NCBI GenBank assembly: GCA_001789395.1
Contig: MFZK01000003.1
Coordinates: 48,390-112,389 of the forward strand
DNA: 64,000 nucleotides
Source of the DNA: Candidatus Roizmanbacteria bacterium RIFCSPHIGHO2_02_FULL_37_13b
GTDB taxonomy: Bacteria; Patescibacteriota; Microgenomatia; UBA1406; HO2-37-13b
Reading direction: 5' to 3'
The position numbers were made by a program, and so were the translations under genes. Under the pieces are notes generated by a model. The model was not told the origin of the DNA. It worked only from the letters and a program-made list of their open reading frames with translations, and did not search any database. Numbering within the stretch: position 1 is the stretch's first letter; the number at the start of each line of letters is the position of its first letter. This document shows positions 9,499 through 20,786 of the stretch, piece after piece.

Positions 9499-11205
9499 AT
9501 GTCCAATATTAGAGCTTTTTTAATCAAATACAAAAATATATTAGATTTGAACGAATTGATTATAATCTTTTGCATCTCTATTGTGGTCGTTATTTTAAGT
9601 TTTTCCCATGTTCTATACGGTCTTGCACAAACTCCCAAAGGCTCAATATATCTTTTTAATGGTCATTACTATTTGGATTACTTTTATTATCTTGCCTTTG
9701 TTGCACAGGGAATTTTTGGCAAATTGATTGCTATCCAGGTATTTGCCACAGATGATTTTAGTATTTATCCCCATTTGTGGCCATATATATTGATAGGGAA
9801 CCTAGGTCGACTTTTTTTCTTGGATGTAATTAAATCATATTGGTTTGCCAATATGGGATTCATTGCACTTATCGTATTTCAAACATTTTTTGTAATTAAG
9901 AAATTATTCAAACATGACAAATTTTCATTTCATATGCTTGCATTGCTGCTCACAATTTTTGCTTCACCACTATTTATCTTTTTAAATTTTAAGCCTACTA
10001 CAAACATAAGAATCTGGGAATATTGGTATTCATATGGTAATTTTTTTCATCGATTTGAAACGGTACCTCACCATCTTTTAAGTTATATCTTAGTCGTGTT
10101 GGCAATCTCTTTAATTGATAGATTAATTTTTTCAATTGAAAAATACACATTTAAAAAAATTGTTTTGAAGACAATCATCGTTTCTATTGTCTTACTTGCC
10201 GGATTCAGCATCAATCCCTTTTTCACTGCTCTAATTACAGGCGTAATAATATTGACACTAATAATTTATTCAGCATTCTATTTTAGACAACAGCATCTAC
10301 TCGGTAATAAATTATTTCTTACCGCGATTCTTCTGACGATACTTTTTGCATGCGGTGCCTATATTTATCAGCATTTTTATTTAACCAATGCTATATTTCT
10401 GAAAAATTTTAAAGCGACAGAAAGTAATTATCATCAATTTGTGGATTTTAAAACCTGGATCTTAAATATCGGCATCATATGTTTTTTTATTCCTTTCGGA
10501 ATTAAATCATTTTTTAGAGAAATAAAACCAATTAAAATCATATTATTATTAACGGTACTTTTTAGTACGATTATTTATTTCACAAGAATTGATTCACTTT
10601 TTGGCACCCATAATGGCCGCTTTATATCACCGATAAACTACTTGCTATATGGATCACTGGCAATTATGGGAATTAAAGAAATAAGTAAAAGATTGATAAA
10701 ACCCGGTTTTTCGTTTGTACTGATAATAACATTCGTTCTTTTAAGCTTTATTCCTCCAAATATTGTTTTTTTTAAAAGCATGATTAATGACAAAAACATT
10801 ATGTCTCCCATTAGTTATCTTCCTGAAGGAATACTAAAAGGTTACAATTATTTAAATACATTTGAAGACGACAAAGTGGTATTAACAACACCAAGTCAAT
10901 TTTTGGGTCAAGTCCTTCCAGCGTTCGTTAACAAAAAAGTATATATTGCCCGCTACATTGCTACACCAAACTTTTTGGAGAAATCTTATGGAGTTGACTG
11001 GTTTTATCTTGGTAAGATGACAAAAAAGGAAGCCATAAATTTTTTAAATAAAAATAATATTGGCTATATTGTATTAACTTCAATTGAAGGCTATGTGAAG
11101 GAACCTTTTTTAAAATATCCATTTAAGGAAAAAATCTATAAGAATTATCCTTTTTTGGAACGAATCTACCTGAATAACGACATTGTGATTTTTAAAGTAG
11201 TTTAG
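9499..11205 (+). CDS. Multi-pass membrane protein, probable GT-C glycosyltransferase
   Basis: Many TM helices, DYFYY luminal loop, C-terminal soluble domain ending IYLNNDIVIFKV. Confidence 0.6.
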   Translation: MSNIRAFLIKYKNILDLNELIIIFCISIVVVILSFSHVLYGLAQTPKGSIYLFNGHYYLDYFYYLAFVAQGIFGKLIAIQVFATDDFSIYPHLWPYILIGNLGRLFFLDVIKSYWFANMGFIALIVFQTFFVIKKLFKHDKFSFHMLALLLTIFASPLFIFLNFKPTTNIRIWEYWYSYGNFFHRFETVPHHLLSYILVVLAISLIDRLIFSIEKYTFKKIVLKTIIVSIVLLAGFSINPFFTALITGVIILTLIIYSAFYFRQQHLLGNKLFLTAILLTILFACGAYIYQHFYLTNAIFLKNFKATESNYHQFVDFKTWILNIGIICFFIPFGIKSFFREIKPIKIILLLTVLFSTIIYFTRIDSLFGTHNGRFISPINYLLYGSLAIMGIKEISKRLIKPGFSFVLIITFVLLSFIPPNIVFFKSMINDKNIMSPISYLPEGILKGYNYLNTFEDDKVVLTTPSQFLGQVLPAFVNKKVYIARYIATPNFLEKSYGVDWFYLGKMTKKEAINFLNKNNIGYIVLTSIEGYVKEPFLKYPFKEKIYKNYPFLERIYLNNDIVIFKVV

Positions 11206-12374
11206 TTTTTCTTGCTAAATCTTTGGACTATCTCATGTAATACCTTTATGACATATTTAATATCCTCTGTTTTGAATCCAGGTCCAAGCGGTAAGGAAAT
11301 AGTCCTGTCTCCAATAAATTCTGCCTTAGGATAATCTCCTTTTTTAAAGCCATATTTGCTCCTGTAGAACGAATGCATATGAGCAGGGATAAAATGAACA
11401 CCAGCTCCGACATTTCGTTTGATCATTTCATAAATAAATTGATCCCGGTTAACGGTCATTTGTTCTAAGTTGATAAGAATTGTATAAAGATGACGAGCAT
11501 GCACCATTGACTTATCAAGCATTGCAGGTAGAGTAATTTGATTTATTCTCTCCAACCCTTGTGAATACATATTCCATTGTTTAACTCGTGTTTTGAGATT
11601 TTGTTCTATTCTTTTTAACTGCATTATACCTATAGACGAGGCTATATCCGTCAGATTGTATTTATATCCGGGAAATAAACATTGATAGTGGGAAAAATGC
11701 TTGACAGAGTACCTTCTGTAGGCATCGCGCGATAAACCATGCAAACTTAGAATTCTCATTTTATCAGCCAACTTTTTATTATTTGTTGTTATCATTCCTC
11801 CTTCTGCGGTCGTTAGGTTCTTTGTGACATAAAATGAAAAAACTGTTATATCACCAATTGATCCTATTTTTTTATTTTTGTACCACGCTTCAATCGCATG
11901 TGCTGCATCCTCGATGACAGATAAATTATTTTTTTTTGCGATTGCCATTATTTTGTCCATATCACATGGCCGACCATATAGATGCACCGGCAAAATTACT
12001 TTTGTTTTTTTGGTAATTTTTTTTTCAATAAGTGATGGATCCATATTCCCGTCCGGCTTGACATCTACAAAAACGGGTTTGGCCCCACAATGCAATATCA
12101 CATTGACAGTCGCCGGAAAGGTTAGGGGAGAGGTGATAACTTCATCACCCGGTCTTACACCAACTGCATTAAGCGCAAGATGAAGTCCGGCAGTACATGA
12201 ATTAACCGCGAGTGCATATTTTGCGTGAGTATATTTAGCGAATTTATGTTCAAACTCTTCTGTTTTAGGACCTGTTCCTATCCAACCTGATTTCAGTGTT
12301 TTAACAACTGTTTTAATATCTTCCTGACGGATATCCGGCTGGCCAAATACGATGAATTTTCTCTTACGGGTCAT
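11202..12374 (-). CDS. DegT/DnrJ/EryC1/StrS family sugar aminotransferase
   Basis: [39 protein letters not shown] (PLP lysine). Confidence 0.92.
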   Translation of the reverse strand: MTRKRKFIVFGQPDIRQEDIKTVVKTLKSGWIGTGPKTEEFEHKFAKYTHAKYALAVNSCTAGLHLALNAVGVRPGDEVITSPLTFPATVNVILHCGAKPVFVDVKPDGNMDPSLIEKKITKKTKVILPVHLYGRPCDMDKIMAIAKKNNLSVIEDAAHAIEAWYKNKKIGSIGDITVFSFYVTKNLTTAEGGMITTNNKKLADKMRILSLHGLSRDAYRRYSVKHFSHYQCLFPGYKYNLTDIASSIGIMQLKRIEQNLKTRVKQWNMYSQGLERINQITLPAMLDKSMVHARHLYTILINLEQMTVNRDQFIYEMIKRNVGAGVHFIPAHMHSFYRSKYGFKKGDYPKAEFIGDRTISLPLGPGFKTEDIKYVIKVLHEIVQRFSKKN

Positions 12375-12913
12375 TTTAATTTTTTTATTATTTTTGCCGG
12401 ACTCCCGGCGACTACTGATCTTGGGGGTACATCAACCGTCACAACTGAACCGGCACCGACAACAGATTCTTTTCCAATTTTAACTCCCGGCATAATAATC
12501 GAACCAACACCAATAAAACATCCATTGTCAAATACAGTGGTTTTAGTATTCTTTTTTATATATTTTTGCAATGGGTGCTCTTTGAATCCTACATTCGTAT
12601 GAGTTAGAATGAAACTTCGATTCGATAATGTTACATGATTACTTAAAATTACTTTACCGGCAAGATCTATCATAACTTCGTTGCCCAAAAAACAATTATC
12701 AGCTATCTTTAAACTAGAAAATCCGTTGTGGTAATAATTATAAAACTGGACATTATGCATAACGCAATTTTTACCTATATTTGCACCGAATAATCTCAAA
12801 ATGAACACTCTGAAAAATGGAAATAAACAATGATTAAATATTGCATTGATAATTGTTAAATAAACAAATCTCATCGCTTTTTGAAATCCTATTTCCTTTA
12901 ATGCTTTTATCAT
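12371..12913 (-). CDS. Hexapeptide-repeat acyltransferase
   Basis: Left-handed beta-helix repeats; IMPGVKIG...[11 protein letters not shown]...VVAGSPAK. Confidence 0.88.
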   Translation of the reverse strand: MIKALKEIGFQKAMRFVYLTIINAIFNHCLFPFFRVFILRLFGANIGKNCVMHNVQFYNYYHNGFSSLKIADNCFLGNEVMIDLAGKVILSNHVTLSNRSFILTHTNVGFKEHPLQKYIKKNTKTTVFDNGCFIGVGSIIMPGVKIGKESVVGAGSVVTVDVPPRSVVAGSPAKIIKKLK

Positions 12914-13617
12914 CGATTCTTTAAAAATAGTGATATTAAATTGATTAAATATTCAGTTGAGTCTTTAATCGTATGCACCGTTGATTTTTTACTAAATTTT
13001 TTTTTATAGACAAGTGGAATTTCACAAACCGTCAAACCCATTTTAACTGCATAAAAGACAATTTCCGTATCCCAAAACCAACCCGGATTTTTTGCCTTTT
13101 TCAATACTGAAAGTATCTTACTTCGATGAAAAAACTTGAATCCTGATTCAGTATCTGAAACTGGCAAGTGGAACAATTTTTTGACAAATAATGCATATAC
13201 TTTTGTCGCAATATAACGATGAATTAATCTAAATGTAAACACATAGTCACGTTTACCGACAACAAAATCATTTTTTAATAGACAATGTAATGCAGGCTGT
13301 ATATATTCAGGGCTTATTTCCAAGTCGGCATCTATATATCCGGCTATCTCTCCCTGAGCTACGTCCAGTCCATCTGTCACTGATTTACCACGACCAAAAT
13401 TCTTACTATGTGTAATTAAAACCGTGGGGATATCTGGACGACTTTTTATGAGAGAGCGAATTATTGATATTGTATGATCTTTGCTTTTATCATCAACAAA
13501 AATTATTTCAAAAGGCCTATTTATTTTTTTTAAAAAAGTCAGAAGTGTTGTGTAGCTTGTTTTCAAATGTTCAGCTTCATTGAAGCACGCCAGAACAAGT
13601 GATAAGTATATCTTCAT
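12910..13617 (-). CDS. GT2 polyprenyl-phosphate glycosyltransferase (DPG/DPM synthase-like)
   Basis: [32 protein letters not shown]. Start moved to MKIYL. Confidence 0.88.
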   Translation of the reverse strand: MKIYLSLVLACFNEAEHLKTSYTTLLTFLKKINRPFEIIFVDDKSKDHTISIIRSLIKSRPDIPTVLITHSKNFGRGKSVTDGLDVAQGEIAGYIDADLEISPEYIQPALHCLLKNDFVVGKRDYVFTFRLIHRYIATKVYALFVKKLFHLPVSDTESGFKFFHRSKILSVLKKAKNPGWFWDTEIVFYAVKMGLTVCEIPLVYKKKFSKKSTVHTIKDSTEYLINLISLFLKNR

Positions 13618-13654
13618 GTTTAATTTGCAGTATGTATTATATACAATTGAAAAC

Positions 13655-15121
13655 ATGAAGAAAGTGCTTTTCCTAGTCTATATAATTCTTATCCTGATTT
13701 TGGTGAAATCAATTGCACTTTCCGGCTATTATTATCGCTTTGACAATGATGAACTTTATCATTTACAAAAGGTATTTCTATTAGCTCAGGGGTATAAACC
13801 ATACCTGCAATTTTATTCTGTTTATGCTCCATTTCTTCACTATTTCTTACTTCCCATTTTCTTGACGTTTGGCTTTTCTGTCAAAACGTTGTATTTCGCA
13901 AAAATCGCGATGATTTGTCTTTTTTTATGCCGAGTTATACTCATGACTTTTTTTGTTAAAAAGATTTTTGGCCAAAATACCGCGTTTTGGTTTCTACCGA
14001 TCATGTTGATGGAACCTTTTACCTTAGTCACCGGAATGCAAACGCGTCCGGAAAATTTTGCGTTGCTTCTTCTTTCTGTGTTTTTAATAATTCTTTATTA
14101 TGCACTTAAATCACAATCCGCAAAAAAAATATTTTTATCCGGTATATTTTTGACTTTGACTTTCTTTGGATCTCTCAAACTATTACCTGCTGTATTAATG
14201 ATTATTTTAGGTCTAAGTATTTATTGTTTCCTTAATAATAAGAAAAGACTATTGCTTTATTTTTTTGATGGTTTAATAGCTGCTTTTTTTCTTCTTTTTT
14301 TATTTTTTTATTTTTCGGGCAATATGTTGCCGGCATTTCAACAATTACTTCTTGATCCATTACTTCTAAATATGACCATACCCATCTCAACTCCATTCAA
14401 TTTCTTTTATATGATTGAGAGTAGTCTGCTTTTTGGGAAATTAGGACGACCAATAACATGGATTTGGGCGTTGGTACTACCTATGGCTGCATTTGCAGCG
14501 TCATATAAAGTTTTTTTAGAGTCTATAATTAATAATGTAAAATCCGGTAAATATTTTTTTTATTTAGGACTTTCGCTAGCTTTTTTTGTCACCTGGATAT
14601 CAATGCTTTTTATAAATTCTGTCTGGATGCAATATTATCTTCCTTTAACCTGGTTCTATTGTCTTTTCACAGCGGTTTTAATTAATGATATTCAAACCAA
14701 TATAAAGATAAAGACGGCTTTCCGACAAATATTCACTATAATTATGATCATTTTTCTAATCATGGTAGGTAAAACCACCTATGAAGGTAATCTGGTCCGG
14801 TCAACCGGAAGTAACACGATCGAATTACAAAATATCGAAACTTTGTGGAAAATTGTACCGCTCAAAGAAAAAACATTTCCAAATATCCTGTTTCGTCTGC
14901 CAGCTTATCCAATCATCTATGGTGGGACACTTGCTCCCTATATGATCGAGCGCTTTGGACCTGTATATAGAATGCTTCAAAAAAATAATGTAAATATAAT
15001 TACTGCCGAAGAAAACTACATTCGCAGCCTTGATAAAGATTCTCAAAATTATATTTTTATTAACTTTAAAAAAGATTCCCCAAATCCAATCATCTGGCGG
15101 AGAATCATAAAATCCATTTAG
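13655..15121 (+). CDS. GT-C fold membrane glycosyltransferase
   Basis: FDNDELYH after TM1, PY..FY..YAP, TRPE motif, many TM helices. Start moved to MKKVL. Confidence 0.7.
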   Translation: MKKVLFLVYIILILILVKSIALSGYYYRFDNDELYHLQKVFLLAQGYKPYLQFYSVYAPFLHYFLLPIFLTFGFSVKTLYFAKIAMICLFLCRVILMTFFVKKIFGQNTAFWFLPIMLMEPFTLVTGMQTRPENFALLLLSVFLIILYYALKSQSAKKIFLSGIFLTLTFFGSLKLLPAVLMIILGLSIYCFLNNKKRLLLYFFDGLIAAFFLLFLFFYFSGNMLPAFQQLLLDPLLLNMTIPISTPFNFFYMIESSLLFGKLGRPITWIWALVLPMAAFAASYKVFLESIINNVKSGKYFFYLGLSLAFFVTWISMLFINSVWMQYYLPLTWFYCLFTAVLINDIQTNIKIKTAFRQIFTIIMIIFLIMVGKTTYEGNLVRSTGSNTIELQNIETLWKIVPLKEKTFPNILFRLPAYPIIYGGTLAPYMIERFGPVYRMLQKNNVNIITAEENYIRSLDKDSQNYIFINFKKDSPNPIIWRRIIKSI

Positions 15122-15193
15122 TAGTTGATTTTTTATTTTTTTTAATTTATAGTTTAATAACCTTATTTCTTTATAAATTTAATAAAAATAAAT

Positions 15194-15898
15194 ATGTCGG
15201 AAAACGCACATCATCAGGATACAAATAATAAGTATATGTTATCACTTGCAAGCATTGCCCTCTTAGTAGTTTTTTTGGGTGTCGTTTTTTTTCTCTATAT
15301 GAAATCGAGTAAAAAATCTGAAGTCGTTTTCCCTGCCGGTTTAAATTACACGGGAACTGAGACAACGCCGATGCCTACTACGCCGCCAAAGAAAGAATAC
15401 AATTGGGGACAGCTTTCTTCAGCTGGAGATTGGGGAACATTTGTATCACAAAGAAAACAATATACTTTTAACCATCCTAAAGAATTGTACCCATTGATTT
15501 TTCCCGGAGATGTCAACGATTCAATGACATTTGATATAGCGGACGTCCCTGTACAACTTAACTTAATGGTATTGGTTGAAAATATCTCAAATTATGATCC
15601 TAAGCTTGCCGGTCAACAGGAAAAATTCGCGAAAGATTATTGGAAATTTTTTGGTGGTTTGAAACAAATGAACACATTTGAACCTTATAAAACTGAAAAG
15701 GGACTTAATGGATTTAAAGTTAATTATGTGACAAGAAGCGGTGCCATCACAAATGACAGCTATTTTCTGATGATCCCGGGTGATAAGAATCGAGTTATTC
15801 ATTTTGTCAATATTTTTCCAAAGGAAGCCGAAATTCTATTTACGAGAATTTTAAATAGCCTTGATTTCAAGATACCTACACCAGAACCGACTAAGTAA
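15194..15898 (+). CDS. Membrane-anchored hypothetical surface protein (single N-terminal TM, Pro/Thr linker)
   Basis: N-terminal hydrophobic helix, TTPMPTTPP linker, soluble domain ending ILNSLDF. Confidence 0.65.
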   Translation: MSENAHHQDTNNKYMLSLASIALLVVFLGVVFFLYMKSSKKSEVVFPAGLNYTGTETTPMPTTPPKKEYNWGQLSSAGDWGTFVSQRKQYTFNHPKELYPLIFPGDVNDSMTFDIADVPVQLNLMVLVENISNYDPKLAGQQEKFAKDYWKFFGGLKQMNTFEPYKTEKGLNGFKVNYVTRSGAITNDSYFLMIPGDKNRVIHFVNIFPKEAEILFTRILNSLDFKIPTPEPTK

Positions 15899-17141
15899 GT
15901 TTCTTGAGAAATTTCTCAAGAATTAACATTGTATAAACCAGCATGGATTGGTTAATACCGGGATATACACCGATCCAAAAACCGTTATTCATTATTAAAT
16001 CTGCATTTATTTGTTGTCCTATAATTTTGCAACTTATTTCTCTGTAAACCGGATGATGAAGCAGATTGCCGGAAAAGATATTTCTTGTACCGATCAAATT
16101 CTTTTCCAAATATTGTGTGAGTTCGTTTCTTGTAAAAGGAGCGTCATGCTTTACTAAGACAGCAAAACCAAACCAACATGGATCTTCATTTTCAGATCGC
16201 ACTATTAGATCAAAATATTTATCATATTTTTTAAAAAAAGCGTAGTATGCCTCATAATTTCTTTTTCTTGTCTTGATGAAATTTGGCAGCTTCTTAAGCT
16301 GAGCTACACCAATAGCGGCCTGAAAATCAGTTAGTTTCAAATTGAATCCAATCTGCGAATAGATGTATTTATGATCATATCCATATGGAAGCTGGCCTAA
16401 TTTCCAATCAAATCTTCTTCCGCAGGTATTATCACATCCTGTATCACACCAGCAATCCCGACCCCAATCGCGAAATTGTCTTATCGAGCGATGGATAAGA
16501 GGTTTATTAGTTATTACAGCACCCCCCTCACCCATAGTGATCTGATGAGCAGGGTAGAAACTAAAGGTAGCAATATCACCAAATGTTCCTACTAGCCGAC
16601 CATTATATCGCGATCCTAAAGCATCACAACAATCTTCAATAAACCAAAGATTGTATTTTTTGACTAATTTCAATATTATTTTTAAATCAAAAGGTTTTCC
16701 TAAGGTATGCGCTATCATAATAAGCCGCGTTTTTTTAGTGATAGCTTTTTCAATTTTTGAGGAATCGATATTTAGCGTACGAATATCCGCATCTATAAAT
16801 ACAGGTCTCAATCCATACAGAATTCCCGGATTAACCGTCGTTGGAAAAGCGGCGGATGTCGTAATATACTCATCACCGGGTTTTAATCGTCTTTCTCCAA
16901 ATATCTTTGACGTTAGACTTGCCAAAGCAACAAGATTGGCTGATGATCCTGAATTAACGAGTGATACATAATTTACTCCTAAATATTTTTTGAAATCCGA
17001 TTCAAACTGCTTGGCAAACCGCCCTTCAGTCCACCAACCGTCCCGTGCTGCAGCAATTGCATTATCAATTTCGGCTCTATCAAAGACTTTTCCGGAGGAG
17101 GGGATATAGGTTTTACCGGGTATAAACTTTTTATTAACCAT
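15891..17141 (-). CDS. rfbH: CDP-4-keto-6-deoxyglucose 3-dehydrase (RfbH/DdhC)
   Basis: VNSGSSANL, AHTLG, IEDCCDALGS, SFYPAHQITMGEGG (His in place of the PLP Lys), RDWGRDCWC, GYDHKY. Confidence 0.92.
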   Translation of the reverse strand: MVNKKFIPGKTYIPSSGKVFDRAEIDNAIAAARDGWWTEGRFAKQFESDFKKYLGVNYVSLVNSGSSANLVALASLTSKIFGERRLKPGDEYITTSAAFPTTVNPGILYGLRPVFIDADIRTLNIDSSKIEKAITKKTRLIMIAHTLGKPFDLKIILKLVKKYNLWFIEDCCDALGSRYNGRLVGTFGDIATFSFYPAHQITMGEGGAVITNKPLIHRSIRQFRDWGRDCWCDTGCDNTCGRRFDWKLGQLPYGYDHKYIYSQIGFNLKLTDFQAAIGVAQLKKLPNFIKTRKRNYEAYYAFFKKYDKYFDLIVRSENEDPCWFGFAVLVKHDAPFTRNELTQYLEKNLIGTRNIFSGNLLHHPVYREISCKIIGQQINADLIMNNGFWIGVYPGINQSMLVYTMLILEKFLKKLT

Positions 17142-18090
17142 GGTGAAGTTTTGATTTGTCTATATTTATTGAATCTTCAATAATATACATTGGTCTTCTT
17201 TTAGTTTCTTCAACAATAACCTGAATATATTTTCCTAAAATACTGATTGCCAAAAGAGTAATTCCACCAAAAAAAACAATCGCTAACATCAGAGGAATCG
17301 ACGCCTGGATCGGATTTCCAATCGCTATGACCCAGTATAGATAACCGACAATAAATATAAACGATAGAATAACCAAAATAAATCCGCTATAAATCATTAA
17401 ATCCAATGGCAAATATGAAAAACCAAACAAACCACGTTCCGCATGCTTTAAATAATCAAAAAAAGTATAACTGCTTTTACCATTGACGCGTTCTTGTCTT
17501 TTATATGGAATATATGCCCGTTTAAACCCAACCCAAGAAAGAAGTCCACGCCCAAAACGATTTTTTTCAGGCAGTGATATTAATGCATTCAATACTTTTC
17601 GATCAAATAAACCAAATCCTATTGTATTTGGAGGAAAATCAATGCTAGTCATCTTTCTTGAAACTCTGTAATATAATTTACGCATTAAGGCTATGAATAA
17701 TGATTTTTCTGATCTTTCATACGTACCTAAGACAATATCATATCCTTCTTCCCATTTTTTTATCAATTTTGTTATTACTTCAGGAGGATCCTGCATATCA
17801 GCTCCAAATCCGATTATAGCATCACCAGAAGCTTGATAAAGTGCTGCATGACCTGATGCTTCAGGTCCAAAGTTGCGTGATAAAAATATGCCTATAGCTC
17901 GTTTATCTTTCTTTGCAAGTTTAATAATTTCCTCTCGGGTATTGTCAGTGCTGCAATTATCAGCAAAAATGATCTCGAAATCGTAATTTTTGAAAGAATC
18001 AATAATTTTTTTTAGTTTATGATACATGAGAGAAATATTTTTTTCTTCATTAAGGCTTTGAATACATATTGAAATATTTTTTTGTCTCAT
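17134..18090 (-). CDS. GT2 undecaprenyl-phosphate glycosyltransferase (GtrB-like)
   Basis: DNCSTD, LSRNFG, ADMQDPP, two C-terminal TMs, EETKRRPMY. Confidence 0.88.
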   Translation of the reverse strand: MRQKNISICIQSLNEEKNISLMYHKLKKIIDSFKNYDFEIIFADNCSTDNTREEIIKLAKKDKRAIGIFLSRNFGPEASGHAALYQASGDAIIGFGADMQDPPEVITKLIKKWEEGYDIVLGTYERSEKSLFIALMRKLYYRVSRKMTSIDFPPNTIGFGLFDRKVLNALISLPEKNRFGRGLLSWVGFKRAYIPYKRQERVNGKSSYTFFDYLKHAERGLFGFSYLPLDLMIYSGFILVILSFIFIVGYLYWVIAIGNPIQASIPLMLAIVFFGGITLLAISILGKYIQVIVEETKRRPMYIIEDSINIDKSKLHHG

Positions 18091-19031
18091 GAAACACCAG
18101 CAAGTAATTTATATTCTTTTTTTCTTTCTCTTAGTATGGTTTTGTTCGGCAAAATTATTTTGTATTTCCCAACATCAATCATTGTTTTTTTCTCTTCGAC
18201 TGTAAATAATTGTTCACGTAATTTTTCTCGCTCACGCAGTCCGATAATTTCAATTTTAATTTTTTTATGAGAAGAATTTTTTTTAATTGTCTCCATAGCT
18301 AAATCGTAAATTTTTTTTTCTCTCATTTTAAGAACAAATATTTCCTGACCTTGCATAACTGCTGTAGCTGATAGTATTAAACTTACTGCTTCTGACGTCG
18401 ACATGAAAAATCTTTTCATCGATTTTGAGGTTACCGTCACTGGTAATCCTTTCTTTATTTGCTCAATCCATGTAGGAATTACCGATCCGCGTGAATTTAA
18501 AACATTACCAAATCTGACTACGGCGAATTTTGTGATTGATGGACCAATATAACTTTTTGAAGATACGACCATTCTCTCCATTAATAGTTTAGTTACCCCC
18601 ATTATAGTATTTGGATTCACGGCCTTATCGGTTGATACGGCAACAACTCGATCTATATTCATATCAATACTTAAATCAATAAGGTTCTGAGTTCCCTGGA
18701 CATTTGTTTTTATTGCTTCAAAAGGATTATATTCACAATAGGGAACGTGCTTTAATGCAGCCGTATGATATACAATATCAACATTTCTTAATGCGATTGA
18801 CAATCGTTCTTTATCGCGTATATCGCCAATTAAATACTTGACATCAACTTTAGTATTTGTCTGTAAGATTTCTTTTTCAAGGAAAAAATGTTTAGATTCA
18901 TCCCGGGAATATATTCTTATCTGTTTACACGGGTATGCTAATAATTGTTTCACTAGTTCACTACCTATAGAACCTGTACCGCCGGTTATCAAAATGTTCT
19001 TATTACGGAATATTGAAGTTAAATCTATCAT
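18087..19031 (-). CDS. NDP-GlcNAc 4,6-dehydratase (CapD/PseB/LegB-type)
   Basis: ITGGTGSIG, SRDESK, IGDIRD, AALKHVP, STDKAV, VRFGNV..SRGSV. Confidence 0.88.
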   Translation of the reverse strand: MIDLTSIFRNKNILITGGTGSIGSELVKQLLAYPCKQIRIYSRDESKHFFLEKEILQTNTKVDVKYLIGDIRDKERLSIALRNVDIVYHTAALKHVPYCEYNPFEAIKTNVQGTQNLIDLSIDMNIDRVVAVSTDKAVNPNTIMGVTKLLMERMVVSSKSYIGPSITKFAVVRFGNVLNSRGSVIPTWIEQIKKGLPVTVTSKSMKRFFMSTSEAVSLILSATAVMQGQEIFVLKMREKKIYDLAMETIKKNSSHKKIKIEIIGLREREKLREQLFTVEEKKTMIDVGKYKIILPNKTILRERKKEYKLLAGVS

Positions 19032-20146
19032 GATATCAACGGCTTAATCTTATCACAAATATAAGTTATTTCGGCTTTATTAAGTCCGATATAGAAAGGA
19101 AGAGCTAAGGTTTGACTTGAGATTTTTTCAGCAATTGGAAAATCATTCTTTTTAAACCCGTACATTTTTTTCATAAATGGTTGAAGATGTATCGTTGGAA
19201 TATATGGTTTTGTTTGTATCCCCATTTTACTTAATTTATTTATAATTTGATTTCTATTCCGGTTCAAAATTCTGATAACATATACAAACCATGAATGAGT
19301 TCTACCTATGCCAATTTTTGGAGTAATTATATTTGAAATAGACCGCAGTTTCATATCATAATATTCAGCAATTTTTCTTTTTTCTCTAATCATCCAATCT
19401 AGCTTCTTAAGTTGAGTCGTTCCTAATGCAGCGCTCATCTCATCCATACGATAGTTATAACCCAATCTCACATGATTTAGCCACTCTCGATTTTCACTCC
19501 GTCCTTGATTTCGTAAACTATTACAAAGTTGATAAATTCTTTTTGATTTTGTTACTAACATTCCACCTTCACCTGTAGTCATTTGTTTGTTCGGATAAAA
19601 AGCATAGACACCAACATCTCCAAACGAACCAGCCCATTTACCACGATATTTTGCTCCAAGACTTTCACAAGCATCTTCAATTATAGCCAAGTTATATTTA
19701 CGTGCGACAGCCATAATAGGATTCATATCCGCAGTTTGACCAAATATGTGAACCACAAGAATCGCCTTTGTTCGTTTTGTTATAGCTGATTCAATTTTAT
19801 GAGGATCGATGTTAAACGTGTCTTCTTCTATGTCGACAAACACTGGTTTAACATTCTCATATAGCAAACAATTACTTGATGCTATAAATGAAAAAGGAGA
19901 TGTTATAACCTCATCTCCTAATCCTAATCCTAACGCCTTAACTGCTAAATGTAACCCTGCCGTACCACTAGATACAGCCACTGCATATTTAACTTTTGCA
20001 TAATGTGTAACCAATTTTTCAAATTCGCTATACTTTGGACCCAATGATAATAAACCTGATTTTAGTACATCACTAACCGTCTTAATATCTCCGGAATCAA
20101 TATATGGTTTTGCTACTTGAATTATTTTCCTCACATTTTTTTTCAT
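19028..20146 (-). CDS. DegT/DnrJ family sugar aminotransferase (LegC-like position)
   Basis: VSSGTAGLH, IEDACESLG, FYPNKQMTTGEGG. Confidence 0.9.
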   Translation of the reverse strand: MKKNVRKIIQVAKPYIDSGDIKTVSDVLKSGLLSLGPKYSEFEKLVTHYAKVKYAVAVSSGTAGLHLAVKALGLGLGDEVITSPFSFIASSNCLLYENVKPVFVDIEEDTFNIDPHKIESAITKRTKAILVVHIFGQTADMNPIMAVARKYNLAIIEDACESLGAKYRGKWAGSFGDVGVYAFYPNKQMTTGEGGMLVTKSKRIYQLCNSLRNQGRSENREWLNHVRLGYNYRMDEMSAALGTTQLKKLDWMIREKRKIAEYYDMKLRSISNIITPKIGIGRTHSWFVYVIRILNRNRNQIINKLSKMGIQTKPYIPTIHLQPFMKKMYGFKKNDFPIAEKISSQTLALPFYIGLNKAEITYICDKIKPLIS

Positions 20147-20784
20147 TGATAAATATTTCGTATTTCTTTTTTGCTATGAAATATTTTTGCTGGATTTCCT
20201 CTTAAGGCTAGATTGTCTTGTAAATATGAGTGGGTAACAATTGATCCCATTGCCACAAATGTATTTTTTCCTAAATTAATATGATTTCTCAAACAACTGC
20301 CCAATCCTATAAAACTATTATCTCCAATTTTAACACCACCACCTGTCACTACTCGAGGTGCTAAATGTGAAAAACTCCCAATTGAATTATCATGTTCAAT
20401 AATACATCCCGTGTTTATATAAACACCATCATCAATTTTTGAATTTATGTTAATGATTGTATTAGCTCCGATAAAAACATTATTACCTAAAACCACATTT
20501 TCTTCAATAATTGAACATGGATGAATAATATTAATACAATTTATGTCCATTTTTTTTAATTTTAAATAAATTTTGCTCCTGACCAAATTATTGGCAATGG
20601 CTATAAAAACAGTAAAATTGCCGGCTTTATTAATCAAGAGTGGAATATCTGTAATTCTTCCCAAACAATCTGTTTTTTTTTCATCATCGATGAACCCCAG
20701 TAAATGATATTTTTTTGATTTCATTACCAGATACTTTACTATCTCTCCCTGATCACCATGTCCTATTATGACCAATTTTTTCAT
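20143..20784 (-). CDS. NeuD/PglD-family sugar acetyltransferase
   Basis: LVIIG.G, GFIDD, IAIANNLVR, IEHDNSIG hexapeptide repeats, GNPAK. Confidence 0.88.
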   Translation of the reverse strand: MKKLVIIGHGDQGEIVKYLVMKSKKYHLLGFIDDEKKTDCLGRITDIPLLINKAGNFTVFIAIANNLVRSKIYLKLKKMDINCINIIHPCSIIEENVVLGNNVFIGANTIININSKIDDGVYINTGCIIEHDNSIGSFSHLAPRVVTGGGVKIGDNSFIGLGSCLRNHINLGKNTFVAMGSIVTHSYLQDNLALRGNPAKIFHSKKEIRNIYQ

Positions 20785-20786
20785 AT